Assembly (NCBI GenBank): GCA_021817225.1
Contig: JAKAVR010000001.1
Coordinates: forward strand, 72,002 to 136,001
Length of the DNA stretch: 64,000 bases
Origin: Thermoplasmata archaeon
GTDB lineage: Archaea > Thermoplasmatota > Thermoplasmata > Sysuiplasmatales > Sysuiplasmataceae
Direction of reading: 5' to 3'
In this document: in pieces, positions 29,313 to 38,963 of the stretch
Position numbering within the stretch: the first letter of the stretch is position 1
Layout: each line of letters begins with the position of its first letter
Notes under the pieces: model-generated
What the model was told of the DNA's origin: nothing
Databases searched by the model: none
Seen by the model: the letters and a program-made list of their open reading frames with translations, nothing else
Translations under genes and position numbers: made by a program

Positions 29313-30266
29313 TCACCAGGATTCGGGCCTGACGCCGGCGACTATGGCAGTCACGCTCAGCACACCGTCGTTTCTGTCTACCTGCCTTGCTCCCATGATT
29401 ATATGAGCCCTGCTCCCGATGAAATCGGATATACCCTTGAGTATCCCGTGCGTCTTCTCAAGCGTAAGCGCCTCTCCTCCCGAGACATGGACGACAGCGC
29501 CTGAAGCCCGGGCCAGGTTTGTCTGAAGCAGAGGATGCCTTGCGGCATCGTCTACGAGCGCCCGGACATCCTCGTTTTCGCTGCATATTACCGTTGATGT
29601 GCCTCCGCCTCTGAAGATTGTCCTCATGTCCGCATAATCAATATTCATCAGGGATGGTTTCAGGAGGGATCCTGACACGTTTGTTACAATCTGGGAAGTA
29701 AGCGTGTCCATGACGGCAAAAGCCTGCTGCATTGTCAATTCGGGAAACTGTCTGACAAGCCTGCTGTTCTCCATAATGACGGTGCTGTCCGACTCGTGTA
29801 TGAGTTCCCTCACATAATCCCTGGCTCTCTCGACCCTTCCCCTTTCAAAATCGAAGGGCATCGATGTTATCGAGACTGCAAGCGCGCCCGTCTCTCTGGC
29901 GACAGAAGCCACTACCGGAGCCGTTCCTGTTCCAGTGCCACCGCCCATGCCCGAGAGTATGAATACAAGGCTGCTTCCGAGCAGCTCTGTTTTCAGACGG
30001 TCGCGGCTCAGTTCGGCAGCTCTCCTTGCCAGCGCGACGTTTCCGCCCGCTCCGCGCCCGCCTGTAAATTCCCTCCCGATGAGTATCTTCCTGTTCGCCT
30101 TTACCCTCACAAGGTGGCCGGCATCCGTATTCAGGGCTATTGTTTTCAGGTTGTCTGTGCCCTCAAAGTCCAGGTTGTTCAGAGCATTGTTGCCTGCACC
30201 ACCGCATCCCACGACTGCTACTCCAAGTCTCGGAGCAACAATCTCATCTCTCTCAGAAATGATCAT
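29313..30266 (-). CDS. FtsZ paralogue 2 (FtsZ2/CetZ-like tubulin-family GTPase)
   Basis: 'VGCGGAGNNALNNL', 'ALNTDAGHL', 'GMGGGTGTGTAP'. Confidence 0.85.
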   Translation of the reverse strand: MIISERDEIVAPRLGVAVVGCGGAGNNALNNLDFEGTDNLKTIALNTDAGHLVRVKANRKILIGREFTGGRGAGGNVALARRAAELSRDRLKTELLGSSLVFILSGMGGGTGTGTAPVVASVARETGALAVSITSMPFDFERGRVERARDYVRELIHESDSTVIMENSRLVRQFPELTMQQAFAVMDTLTSQIVTNVSGSLLKPSLMNIDYADMRTIFRGGGTSTVICSENEDVRALVDDAARHPLLQTNLARASGAVVHVSGGEALTLEKTHGILKGISDFIGSRAHIIMGARQVDRNDGVLSVTAIVAGVRPESW

Positions 30267-30284
30267 GCATGTTCCGCGTGCCGT

Positions 30285-30608
30285 CTACTTTCTCTTTTCG
30301 GACGGCTTCGGTGTCAGTCTCCGTCTTAGGTACTCTCTTACCGCATTCCTGATGGCATCGTCAACAGAAACAGAGTCTCCCTTCTTGACGAGTTTCTGCA
30401 ATTCAACAGCGTTGCCCTTTGGCAGTTCAACCGTGACCTTCTGGATATGCTTCGGAGAGAAGTTCCTGTCGATGAACTGTTCGATTGCGGCCCTCATCAC
30501 CTCAGATATGTTCGCATATTTGCCGCTTGAAACAAGCGACTCGAGAGTCGTAAGACTCTCCTGATCAAGTCTTATTGTAACCCTCTCCGATTCTACCATG
30601 ACATTCAC
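30285..30608 (-). CDS. ribbon-helix-helix (CopG-like) DNA-binding protein
   Basis: 107 aa. The N-terminal 'RVTIRLDQESLTTLESLVSSGKYANISEVMRAAIEQF' is RHH-like. Immediately downstream of ftsZ2. Confidence 0.5.
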   Translation of the reverse strand: MNVMVESERVTIRLDQESLTTLESLVSSGKYANISEVMRAAIEQFIDRNFSPKHIQKVTVELPKGNAVELQKLVKKGDSVSVDDAIRNAVREYLRRRLTPKPSEKRK

Positions 30609-30885
30609 CTCATCGTACGCTGCTGTCTGACGATTTCCTTTATAACCGCTGACAGTAATATGCCACGGCTAATATATATGATTATGGTCAGGTTGCTCGT
30701 AAACAATCCAGCGTCTCACCTTGTGACTGCAATGATGCTTGATTGAGTCAAGCCTTGTCCCGGCCCGACCGGATGCGCCTTTAGTTTGCTGTTGAAACCG
30801 AATGATGCGAAGAAGGGACGGGAAACGGTGCCCTGGCTCGATCACTCAGAGGCCAGTATGCAATCTTGCCCGGATGCTTCAACAC

Positions 30886-31836
30886 TCAGACTGCCTTTTC
30901 CACCATCTGCAGGTAGACCGGAGTGAGCCAGGAGGCAAATCTTCTGTCCTTCCCTCTGATGACAGCCTCAAACGCATTGATCAGTTTTTCGGTCACATTC
31001 CCGATCTTGCCATCGCCGACTGTTCTTCTGTCAACGCTGCCAATCGGTGTGATCTGCGCCGCTGTGCCGCACAGGAACAGCTCGTCGCATGTGTAGAGTT
31101 CGGTCCTCGAAATGTCTCTTTCCACCACAGGTATGTTGTGGTCCTCTGCCAGTCTTATTACCGAATCCCTTGTAATGCCCTCCAGTATATCCGCGGAAAG
31201 TGGTGGTGTGACCAGGACACCATTCTTGACCATGAATATGTTCTCACCCGAACCCTCACAGACATAGCCGTTCTGCGTAAGGAAGAGCGCTTCGTCGAAG
31301 CCCGACTGTGCAGCTTCTGCGGAGGCAATCATGCTGTTCACGTACGCACCTGTCACCTTGGCACTTGGCGGAAGTGAGTTGTTTGTTATCCTTGTCCATG
31401 ATGAGACGCAGACGTTCAGCGGTTTTACGCTTGCGAAGTAGCCGCCCATCGCCTGCGAGAATATGAAGTAGTCAGTCGACTGCTTAGCAGGCCTTATCCC
31501 TATGCCGCCCGCTCCGAAATAAATCATTGGTCTGATGTAAACATCACTCTTGTGATTATTTACTCTTAGCAGCTCGACTATCTTGTCTACAAGTTCCTTT
31601 TCACCGATCGCCGGTTTGAGGTTCAGTATCTTGGTGTTGTTCAACATCCTTCTTACATGTTCCTTCAGCCTGAAAACAGACAGCTGCTTTCCTTCGTGGT
31701 CCATGTATGCCCTAATGCCCTCAAAAACACCCGAGCCGTAGAGAAGTCCGTGCGTGGAAACATGCACTTTTGCATCTTTCCAGTCTACAAAGTTGCCGTT
31801 CATTACAACTTTTCTTATTTCCTCTACCATTTGCAC
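30886..31836 (-). CDS. ilvE: branched-chain amino acid aminotransferase (class IV)
   Basis: 316 aa with 'GSGVFEGIRAY' and 'LFLCGTAAQITPI'. Confidence 0.8.
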   Translation of the reverse strand: MQMVEEIRKVVMNGNFVDWKDAKVHVSTHGLLYGSGVFEGIRAYMDHEGKQLSVFRLKEHVRRMLNNTKILNLKPAIGEKELVDKIVELLRVNNHKSDVYIRPMIYFGAGGIGIRPAKQSTDYFIFSQAMGGYFASVKPLNVCVSSWTRITNNSLPPSAKVTGAYVNSMIASAEAAQSGFDEALFLTQNGYVCEGSGENIFMVKNGVLVTPPLSADILEGITRDSVIRLAEDHNIPVVERDISRTELYTCDELFLCGTAAQITPIGSVDRRTVGDGKIGNVTEKLINAFEAVIRGKDRRFASWLTPVYLQMVEKAV

Positions 31837-31924
31837 TACCGATTCACTAACGGTCGACCCGTGATTTAATCCTATTCAGAATTAATTTCTCTTAGACAAA
31901 TCATTGCACGGAGCGGGATTGGTT

Positions 31925-32042
31925 CGGGGCCGAGGGGAAATCCGGCTTGCGCTTTCGGACCCCTGACCTTCTGGTTAAAAGCCAGTTGCTCTGTCCAGGG
32001 AGTTCAGCGTGTGAGCCTCCTACCTAGCTGAGCTACGGCCCC
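31925..32042 (-). tRNA. tRNA-Lys(UUU) with two putative non-canonical introns (~28 nt in D-arm, ~15 nt in T-loop)
   Basis: The minus-strand read GGGGCCG-TA-GCTC-AGCTAGGTAG-[GAGGCTCACACGCTGAACTCCCTGGACA]-GAGC-A-ACTGG-CTTTTAA-CCAGA-AGGTC-AGGGG-T..[15-nt insert]..-CCCCT-CGGCCCC-G. Acceptor, D, anticodon and T stems are all complementary, and the anticodon loop has U33/UUU/A37. Total 118 nt, mature ~75 nt. Confidence 0.6.
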
Positions 32043-32398
32043 TGTCCATCAGCAAGGCACCTTCTTTATTAAAAGATTGGTCAACGCGGCATTGCCCATG
32101 CAGACCTTTGTTCCAACTTTGCTCTTCCTCTGTTGGTGCAAACAGGGATGTATGTGCGGCCCACCTGACTGACCTCGTACCCTTGCATCTAATGAAAGAG
32201 AGGGATTTGAATCCCGGAGGATGTGGATTGCAGCTTTCGGAGAAGATGGCCATGTGCAAAGCGCATGGCCTTCCCTCGTTTGCACAACCCCTACAAGGAA
32301 AGGATGAGGTGCACGCAACAGGGCAGCATATCCGCTGCGGTATGCAGTGCGAAACTGGTTGCCTCAGGAGGGTTGATTGAAACCCGTCGACCTGCCCG

Positions 32399-32698
32399 TC
32401 AATGGGTTTTCATTGCCTTCTTTGCCGCCCTCGCAATCATGATGGTCATTATCACCGCAATTATGGTCACAACGACCGCATATGCTAGGTTCGGTGCAAT
32501 GCCGCTGGTGGTCCCAAAGATCTGCTGGAACAGGGCAAGAATGAATCCATTCCATGCCAGTGCTGCCACCAGACCGAAGGCTGCCGTTATGAGCGCCGCC
32601 ATCTTGTCAATTACTTCTTCCCTGAGACTTTTATTTTCGTCGGCCATTTTTACCAAATCTGCTATATTCGTAAAGTCATATATCAATGGACTATGCAT
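32399..32698 (-). CDS. hypothetical small membrane protein
   Basis: 99 aa with two hydrophobic helices ('AALITAAFGLVAALAWNGFILALF', 'AYAVVVTIIAVIMTIMIA'). Confidence 0.35.
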   Translation of the reverse strand: MHSPLIYDFTNIADLVKMADENKSLREEVIDKMAALITAAFGLVAALAWNGFILALFQQIFGTTSGIAPNLAYAVVVTIIAVIMTIMIARAAKKAMKTH

Positions 32699-32800
32699 AG
32701 AATTCAGATGTAGGCGATTGCATGCTATTAATTGTCATGCAGTCTTCCCTTTCAACAACTGTATAGCTTATATACGTGGAAATTCTCCGAATCAAAGTCT

Positions 32801-32971
32801 ATGATGGCAGAAGAGGTAAACTGCAGTTCATGCGGGATCATGCTTGTCGGTCATGCCGTCACATCTTTCCCGTGCCCGAATTGTGGTGAAACGAGGATAG
32901 GCAGATGCGCGCAGTGCCGGGATCAGAGCGTGAGCTACACCTGCCCTGCTTGCGGATTTTCAGGACCATGA
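32801..32971 (+). CDS. Zn-ribbon protein (COG2888-like, translation-associated)
   Basis: 'MMAEEVNCSSCGI ... FPCPNCGETRIGRCAQCRDQSVSYTCPACGF' has four CxxC pairs. Directly upstream of aEF-1beta. Confidence 0.55.
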   Translation: MMAEEVNCSSCGIMLVGHAVTSFPCPNCGETRIGRCAQCRDQSVSYTCPACGFSGP

Positions 32972-32980
32972 GGTGTTCCT

Positions 32981-33247
32981 TTGGGTAAGGTCGCGATGAC
33001 TTACAGAATGATGCCCGAGTCGACAGACTTTGTTTTTGACGGACTTGAGTCAACAATCAGGTCAAGACTTCCAAAAGGTTCTGAATTCAGGGACAGCAGG
33101 ATCGTCCCAATAGCTTTCGGCCTCAAGTCATTTGAAGTCATGATTGTTGCCACGGATGAGGAAGGGGCGGCAGACAGGGTAGAAGGCGTTCTTGCTTCCA
33201 TAGAGGGCATACAGAGCGTCGAGGCGACAGAGACAACTCTCCTCTGA
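32981..33247 (+). CDS. ef1b: elongation factor 1-beta (aEF-1B)
   Basis: 88 aa. 'MTYRMMPES ... RIVPIAFGLKSFEVMIVATDEEG ... SIEGIQSVE'. Confidence 0.85.
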   Translation: MGKVAMTYRMMPESTDFVFDGLESTIRSRLPKGSEFRDSRIVPIAFGLKSFEVMIVATDEEGAADRVEGVLASIEGIQSVEATETTLL

Positions 33248-33307
33248 CGATCCGGACCTCCTCTGCTCACTGTTATATTCAAGTATCCCGCTTCCACAGC
33301 AGTTGGT

Positions 33308-34372
33308 ATGCTCGGCTTCGAAACCCAGCCAAGACTTCTGGCGATATTCCCCTACACGGCAGAAGCAAGGTCCTATATCATTTCAAGCAATTTCGACCTT
33401 GACGCAATATTGACCAACTCTCTGTTCGAGAGGGTGAGGGAGAAGGGAAAGGAACGTGTTCTTTCATCGCTTCGGGACATGAAGCTCGGGGAGCAGAAGC
33501 TGTACAACAGCGAGGAGTGCAAGGTTGAGATTCTTTCATTCATTGTCTCAAGAATGATGGCCTCTGTCATCGGTGACAGATTCCTCATCAACAGGCTCGC
33601 CGTAACCGAGGGCAAAGCTGCTGAAGAAAGACTCAACGGAGAATACTCCTCCATGCTTGTTCCGCTTGCACGGGAATTTGGAATCGACCCACAGCCCTTC
33701 GGCGATGCCTACAGACTCAAATTCACCGCCTTTCTGAAATACTCGTCGAAGATGAGATCGCCGGAATGGAAGCTGCTCTACCAGAAAATGGACCACGGGT
33801 ATGTTGTTGTTGAGAAGCACAGGCTGACAAGGCTCGTGGAGCAGGCGATAACCGATTACCTCTCAGAAAGGCTCCCTCCTTACACCGATGCCATAAGGAA
33901 CTCTCTGAGGAGGGAGATAGCGGAGGTAACAGAAGCTCTTGAATCAATAAAGAAGGAATATCAGAGGGACACGCTCGGAGAGATAGAGCCCGCAAGATAT
34001 CCGCCATGCATGCGTGAAATACTCAGGCAGATTCAGAATTCTGAGAATGTCCCTCAGATGGGGCGTTTTGCCATAGTCACTTTCCTGCATGCCATAGGCA
34101 TGACTCCGGAACAGATATTCGAAGTATTCAGCTCAGTCCCAGATTTCAGGGCAGAGAAGACAAGGTACCAGATAGAGCACATCACGGGCAAGATATCCTC
34201 TACCGAATATTCGGTGCCAGAGTGCAGCACAATGAAGTCGTACGGCATTTGCTATAATCCCGACACGCTCTGTGCGCAGCCATGGATGAAACATCCTCTC
34301 ACATACTACAAACAAAAGGGAAAGAAGACTAGAGCTGCTTCCAGGAAGCAACCGCCCGATAAACGGCAGTGA
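33308..34372 (+). CDS. priL: DNA primase large subunit PriL
   Basis: 354 aa. The C-terminal Fe-S domain has 'YPPCMREIL', 'VPECSTMKSYGICYNPDTLCAQ'. Confidence 0.7.
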   Translation: MLGFETQPRLLAIFPYTAEARSYIISSNFDLDAILTNSLFERVREKGKERVLSSLRDMKLGEQKLYNSEECKVEILSFIVSRMMASVIGDRFLINRLAVTEGKAAEERLNGEYSSMLVPLAREFGIDPQPFGDAYRLKFTAFLKYSSKMRSPEWKLLYQKMDHGYVVVEKHRLTRLVEQAITDYLSERLPPYTDAIRNSLRREIAEVTEALESIKKEYQRDTLGEIEPARYPPCMREILRQIQNSENVPQMGRFAIVTFLHAIGMTPEQIFEVFSSVPDFRAEKTRYQIEHITGKISSTEYSVPECSTMKSYGICYNPDTLCAQPWMKHPLTYYKQKGKKTRAASRKQPPDKRQ

Positions 34373-34961
34373 TGTTTCCGAGCACTGCAAAGACAAGAAG
34401 CAGCCAGTCGAATGTTGTAAGTGAAAGGAGTTCCGGCCCATGCGTGCCGTACGCAGGGGAACTCAGTGCAAGCTGGATGATGAGTGCAATGAGCATAAGG
34501 ACAATCCTGTCCGCCCTTCCAAGCACGCCGCCGTAGTTCCTTTTCAGGCCAACAGCCTGGGCCTGTGTGCCGAGGTAGCTCGTCATGAACACGCCGACAA
34601 GCGCCATTATGCCTATCGGAACGCTCGTCGTGAATACACTGAATGTGAAACCGAGGACCAGCGCTATGTCCGAATACCTGTCGAGCACGTGGTCCATGAA
34701 ATCTCCCCTCGGGCCGCTTGTTCCTGTCACATGGGCGACTGCCCCGTCAAGTGCATCCAGAAATCCGCTGAAGACTATCAGCACCAGGGCAGCGAGAAGG
34801 AGATCAGTGCTGTGAACTGTGGAGAAAAGGATGGATGCGGCAGCAAGCACCGCGAGCACGAAGGAGGCGAATGTGAGCAGATTTGGCGAAACGCCCTTCA
34901 GCCTGATGGCAAGCGGATCAAGAATGCGCCTTGTTCCTGTTCTTGCCCTGTCTAGAACCAT
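34329..34961 (-). CDS. CDP-alcohol phosphatidyltransferase family protein
   Basis: 'FLDALDGAVAH ... GDFMDHVLDRYSD' is the D-G..A-R..G...G...D...D motif. Multi-TM. Confidence 0.75.
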   Translation of the reverse strand: MVLDRARTGTRRILDPLAIRLKGVSPNLLTFASFVLAVLAAASILFSTVHSTDLLLAALVLIVFSGFLDALDGAVAHVTGTSGPRGDFMDHVLDRYSDIALVLGFTFSVFTTSVPIGIMALVGVFMTSYLGTQAQAVGLKRNYGGVLGRADRIVLMLIALIIQLALSSPAYGTHGPELLSLTTFDWLLLVFAVLGNITAVYRAVASWKQL

Positions 34962-35566
34962 TCTTCGATCTCACCTGTCCAGTTTATCCTTCCCGGCCTG
35001 AGAGAGTCAGGCATTTTCCCGACAGCGTCCAGCACAATGTCCGTGGCAGAGGTTACTTCCCTGCCTGTCGTGTCAACCTCAAACACATCCTTTATTCTTT
35101 CCGACGCTTCCACGAGTATGACATCAAGTATTTCCGCCCTGACATTCTCCAGTATCTTCGCCTCGTTCCATCCTCTTCGCCTCAGTCTTTCATGCAGCGT
35201 ATGCGGCTCGCACCTTAGAACAACAGCGGTGCCGCATGTGGCGAAGTGAGAGAGGTGTCCCGAAAGGAATAGCATGGCCGGCTTCATTGACGAGAGATGC
35301 CCATCCACCTTTGTTCTCAGTTCGTCCGTGTCCACCTCCCTGCTACTGTATTCAGGATTGAAGCTTGTGCGCACGTGCAGGCTGTCTATGAGCGCCGCGA
35401 TCTCAAGGACCGCATATCCCCTTTTTTCCAGCTCGGCCGAGATGCCGCTTTTCCCGGTTCCGGGCGTTCCTGTTAACGCCACGACCCTCAAGTCATCGAC
35501 CCCCGGGCGGCAAGCATTCCCTCCAGGACGGCAAGTGCCCTGCTTGTGTTCATGCTTTCTGACCAC
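34952..35566 (-). CDS. Fap7/adenylate-kinase-6-like P-loop kinase
   Basis: Walker A 'LTGTPGTGKSG'. ~180-aa core; the true start is probably downstream of the listed ORF start. Confidence 0.55.
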   Translation of the reverse strand: MVRKHEHKQGTCRPGGNACRPGVDDLRVVALTGTPGTGKSGISAELEKRGYAVLEIAALIDSLHVRTSFNPEYSSREVDTDELRTKVDGHLSSMKPAMLFLSGHLSHFATCGTAVVLRCEPHTLHERLRRRGWNEAKILENVRAEILDVILVEASERIKDVFEVDTTGREVTSATDIVLDAVGKMPDSLRPGRINWTGEIEEWF

Positions 35567-36297
35567 CTGACCGCACTTTCTCCTTTCAGCGGCACGGGAC
35601 GGAATGTCATTCCATAGTCGACATCCATGAGGATAAGATACTGCGGAGGGGCGAGACCGAAGCTTTTCGAGCCTTCGCCATTCAATGCTCTCAGCACATC
35701 ATCTTCCTCGACAAGTCCGTTCGCCAGGGCCTGAGCCGCAGCAACCACCCTCCTGATCATGTTGTGCAGAAAACTTCTGCCGTAGAAGTCTATGAGCAGG
35801 CACCCGTCTCCCTCCGAAATGAGTATCCTGTCAATGCTCCTGTAACGCCCCTTTGACCCGCTCTTGGAGAAATTCTTGAAATCCCTCCGTCCAACGAAAT
35901 GGGAGAAAGCGCTGTTCAGTCTTTCCCTGTCGATCCTGTCGTAGAAGAGGTAACGGTACTGCCTCATTCTCGCTCTCCTGGGACTGAATGTTGCGCTGAC
36001 ATCCAGGTACGAGTGGAAGAGTATATTCCTGCACTTCGCGTTCAGGCCGTCAATCAGCTCATCCGGATTGAAGTGGGTGTTGAATGCAACTACATTTCCA
36101 AGTGCATGGACACCCCTGTCAGTTCTGCTTGCGCTTGCAAAATCTGCGCCTTCAGCACTCTCGAATGCATGCATCCCGAGACATGCGGATATTATGTCCC
36201 CTTCCACAGTCCTTACGCCTGGCTGCCTCTGGTAACCGTAGAAGGCTGAGCCGTTATATCCGAACTTCAAAGCCAGTCTTTGCATTTCATCTGCCAT
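35488..36297 (-). CDS. truA: tRNA pseudouridine synthase A
   Basis: 'LKFGYNGSAFYGYQRQPGVRTVEGDI' is the TruA N-terminal signature. Confidence 0.8.
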   Translation of the reverse strand: MADEMQRLALKFGYNGSAFYGYQRQPGVRTVEGDIISACLGMHAFESAEGADFASASRTDRGVHALGNVVAFNTHFNPDELIDGLNAKCRNILFHSYLDVSATFSPRRARMRQYRYLFYDRIDRERLNSAFSHFVGRRDFKNFSKSGSKGRYRSIDRILISEGDGCLLIDFYGRSFLHNMIRRVVAAAQALANGLVEEDDVLRALNGEGSKSFGLAPPQYLILMDVDYGMTFRPVPLKGESAVRWSESMNTSRALAVLEGMLAARGSMT

Positions 36298-36358
36298 TAT
36301 TGCTCAACTGTAATAACAATTATCTTGTCGTCTGCAATCATGTTACCTGCTCAGTGGT

Positions 36359-36640
36359 GTGTCTGTGTCCAGTATGGCTCTCAAGGTTAAATTCAGGGGT
36401 CATGTTCAGGGAGTTTCTTTCAGGTTCTATGCCAAGCGATTTGCAGACGCAAATGATGTCAAGGGGTGGGTGCGGAACCTGAGCGACGGAACGGTTGAGG
36501 CTCTCTTTGAAGGCGAGGAGGGACCCGTGATGCGTGTTGTAGAACAGTGCAGGACAGGAAATCCCTATGCAGGCGTGACACAGGTGGAGACGGTCGAAGT
36601 GGATTACACCGGCAGGTACCAGTCATTCATAATCAGGTGA
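36359..36640 (+). CDS. acyP: acylphosphatase
   Basis: 93 aa. 'VQGVSFRFYAKRFADANDVKGWVRNLSDGTVEA'. Confidence 0.8.
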   Translation: MSVSSMALKVKFRGHVQGVSFRFYAKRFADANDVKGWVRNLSDGTVEALFEGEEGPVMRVVEQCRTGNPYAGVTQVETVEVDYTGRYQSFIIR

Positions 36641-36642
36641 AT

Positions 36643-37491
36643 TCACGCGGTCTTCCTGAACCATTCCTTTCCGTACAGTTTTGCGGGATTTTCATAATTG
36701 ACCTTCCAGATGTCCTCTTCGGAGAATATGCCGGCCCCGAGCAGTTCCCTCGTCCTTTTTGGAACAGTTGCAATGCCCAGGACTGCCCCTGGTCTGGCGG
36801 GATCGTCGATGTAGTCTGTTTCCATCACAAAGCGCTTTCCCTTTTTCGCAGCCGATAACACAAGTTCCCTTGTCGCCTTCACCGAGGGGAAGATGCCCGA
36901 ATTCTCATCGTCGTATACCAGGTCGGTGCAATGGTGCTTGATAACCCTGCCTCTTTCCATACCGACTGCATCTGCAATGCCAGCTATTTCGGCAAGACTT
37001 GACGGCGATGGGTCTTCGGTGTGGAGTATTACCGAGCAACCAGCGCTCTTTGCCTGTCTGAAGCATGCCTCCATAATCCTGTTGCTTGCGGCCAGGAGTT
37101 CCTCACTGACCGGGAAATGAGGCCGTCCCACTTCGCCGATTGCATTGGCCTTCCCTTCCATAATGAACTCTCCTGCAAGTTCGACTCCGCGCACCATTCT
37201 TTCTTCGGCCTGCTCAATTCCAAGCTGCCCGGCAAGCCCGAGAAGAGTCACTGGATATGGCCCGATGGCGAGGAGGGCGTCAACATCTGCAGCTTCCTCC
37301 GCTTCCTTTTTTATGGACACTCCCTCATCGTACATCCTGAGGAAAAAATCATCGTTCAGCAGCCCTTCGTCCGGTGGAAGGGCGACAAGCATGAAACCAG
37401 TGCCTCCCTTCCTCTCGAACTCTTTTACGGCGTCGGTGAAACGCCCTTTCCGCTGCAGATGGACGTGATTGTCAAAAACGGGATATGCCAT
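36643..37491 (-). CDS. TatD-related metal-dependent hydrolase
   Basis: N-terminal 'VFDNHVHL' and later His residues consistent with an amidohydrolase/TatD fold. Confidence 0.5.
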   Translation of the reverse strand: MAYPVFDNHVHLQRKGRFTDAVKEFERKGGTGFMLVALPPDEGLLNDDFFLRMYDEGVSIKKEAEEAADVDALLAIGPYPVTLLGLAGQLGIEQAEERMVRGVELAGEFIMEGKANAIGEVGRPHFPVSEELLAASNRIMEACFRQAKSAGCSVILHTEDPSPSSLAEIAGIADAVGMERGRVIKHHCTDLVYDDENSGIFPSVKATRELVLSAAKKGKRFVMETDYIDDPARPGAVLGIATVPKRTRELLGAGIFSEEDIWKVNYENPAKLYGKEWFRKTA

Positions 37492-37493
37492 GA

Positions 37494-38048
37494 TCAGTGG
37501 AGCAGGCCAGCTCCCTGCAGCTCTTCCATGATCTTCTGCACCGCATCGCCGACATCGGATGGTTTCCGCGCACCTGTGCAGACAAGCTTGCCGCTGCCGA
37601 AGAGAAGGACCACGACCTTCGGCGAATCAAGCCTGTAGACAAGACCGGGGAACTGTTCAGGTTCGTACTCGACCTTCTCGAGACCGAGACTGATGGCAAT
37701 TGCATTGAGGTTTATTTCCTGCCCGAGATCGGATGAAGCGACAATGTTCTGCACCTCGATCTTGGGTTCTATCTTGATTTCAATGCCTGCCCTTCCAATC
37801 TGCTTTGAAACCTTGCTGATTGCGAGCTTGACTTCCTCAAGGCTCTTGGCACCGGTGCAGACGACTTTTCCACTCCTGAAAAGAAGAGTCGCCGTCTTCG
37901 GCTCCTTCAGTCTGTAAATCAAACCGGGGAACTGCTCAGGCTCATATTCCGCACCGTCGAGTGCAAGGGCAATAGCCTGCAGATCAAGTTGTTCGCCAAG
38001 AGATGTCGATGCGACCACATTCTCTATCTTAATTGTTGGCATTTTCAT
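37494..38048 (-). CDS. tbp: TATA-box binding protein
   Basis: 184 aa with two direct repeats ('IENVVASTSLGEQLDLQAIA...FPGLIYRL' / 'VQNIVASSDLGQEINLNAIA...FPGLVYRL'). Confidence 0.9.
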   Translation of the reverse strand: MKMPTIKIENVVASTSLGEQLDLQAIALALDGAEYEPEQFPGLIYRLKEPKTATLLFRSGKVVCTGAKSLEEVKLAISKVSKQIGRAGIEIKIEPKIEVQNIVASSDLGQEINLNAIAISLGLEKVEYEPEQFPGLVYRLDSPKVVVLLFGSGKLVCTGARKPSDVGDAVQKIMEELQGAGLLH

Positions 38049-38110
38049 TCCCCTGTAAACGGAAACAATCTAAAGATGTTTAAATACCTATTTAAAAGAT
38101 TATATAAGGT
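38049..38110 (-). promoter_or_regulatory. tbp promoter region with TATA-like boxes
   Basis: The minus-strand read has 'TTTTAAATAGGTATTTAAAC' ~25-45 nt upstream of the tbp ATG. Confidence 0.4.
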
Positions 38111-38963
38111 TAACAACGGAAATGGCTTTGTGACAAAAGTCCTCTTCTGTGATTAAACTTCATTTTCTGTGACAAAACTCTCCTCGATCAGCGTCCTCTA
38201 GCCGTCCTCTCATACTGGGGAGGAATCATGATTTCGTCATGGCTCTGGTGCGTTCTGCCCCGTCTATTCTTGGTACTCGTCATTCGCGAAGTCGAGAAAT
38301 AGCTTCTCGATGTCGTATAGCACAATTGGTTCATAGCCATCAAGGTGATCCACATTAAACATAACCTCAGACGCACAGTTACTCAGGAGAATGTCACCCG
38401 TAATCTCACTATCACATTTTGCGCAATACCAAGTAGCTGCAAGTGCAGTGTCAACGTCTGCGCCCGTCTCTCTTTCTTCCCACTCCCGATATGAGGTCGT
38501 CCATTATCAGAAACTGCAATCTGCCACCATAGAGTGTCACAGTCGCGCCCGTGAGCGCCGACGATGCCCCGCTGATATAGAAGAAATCGCCGACTTCGAG
38601 TCAGGTAGCGCTGTTGCCGCTAAGTGTACCGAAGTTCACTCCTACGCTTGAACATGCTATGGATAGATTCATCACTTTCCCGCCGGGAGTTGGCACCGTG
38701 CTATGTTAATCTGCACCGAAGTTCCTGCTACTGTGAGCTTTATGCTGGTCAGCGCTATGCTGGACGCTGAGACACTTGATACCGACACAGGTGTCACTTA
38801 TCATGTACCTGAGTCCGGCCCTCCGTTGGGGGGCTTTCGCCAACATTTCTTGCAGAATTGTGTGATTTCTCAATACGCATCAATGGCGATGGGCTGTTTC
38901 CGGCGCTCTCCTTTTGATATTCTCAAATATCTATACTGAACTGTGTGATAGAGGCTAACAGGA

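Noticed and set aside
32223-32804. 193-aa + ORF
   Set aside because: It overlaps the more plausible minus-strand membrane ORF (32399-32698) and runs into the Zn-ribbon gene. Its translation is Cys/Arg-rich and irregular.
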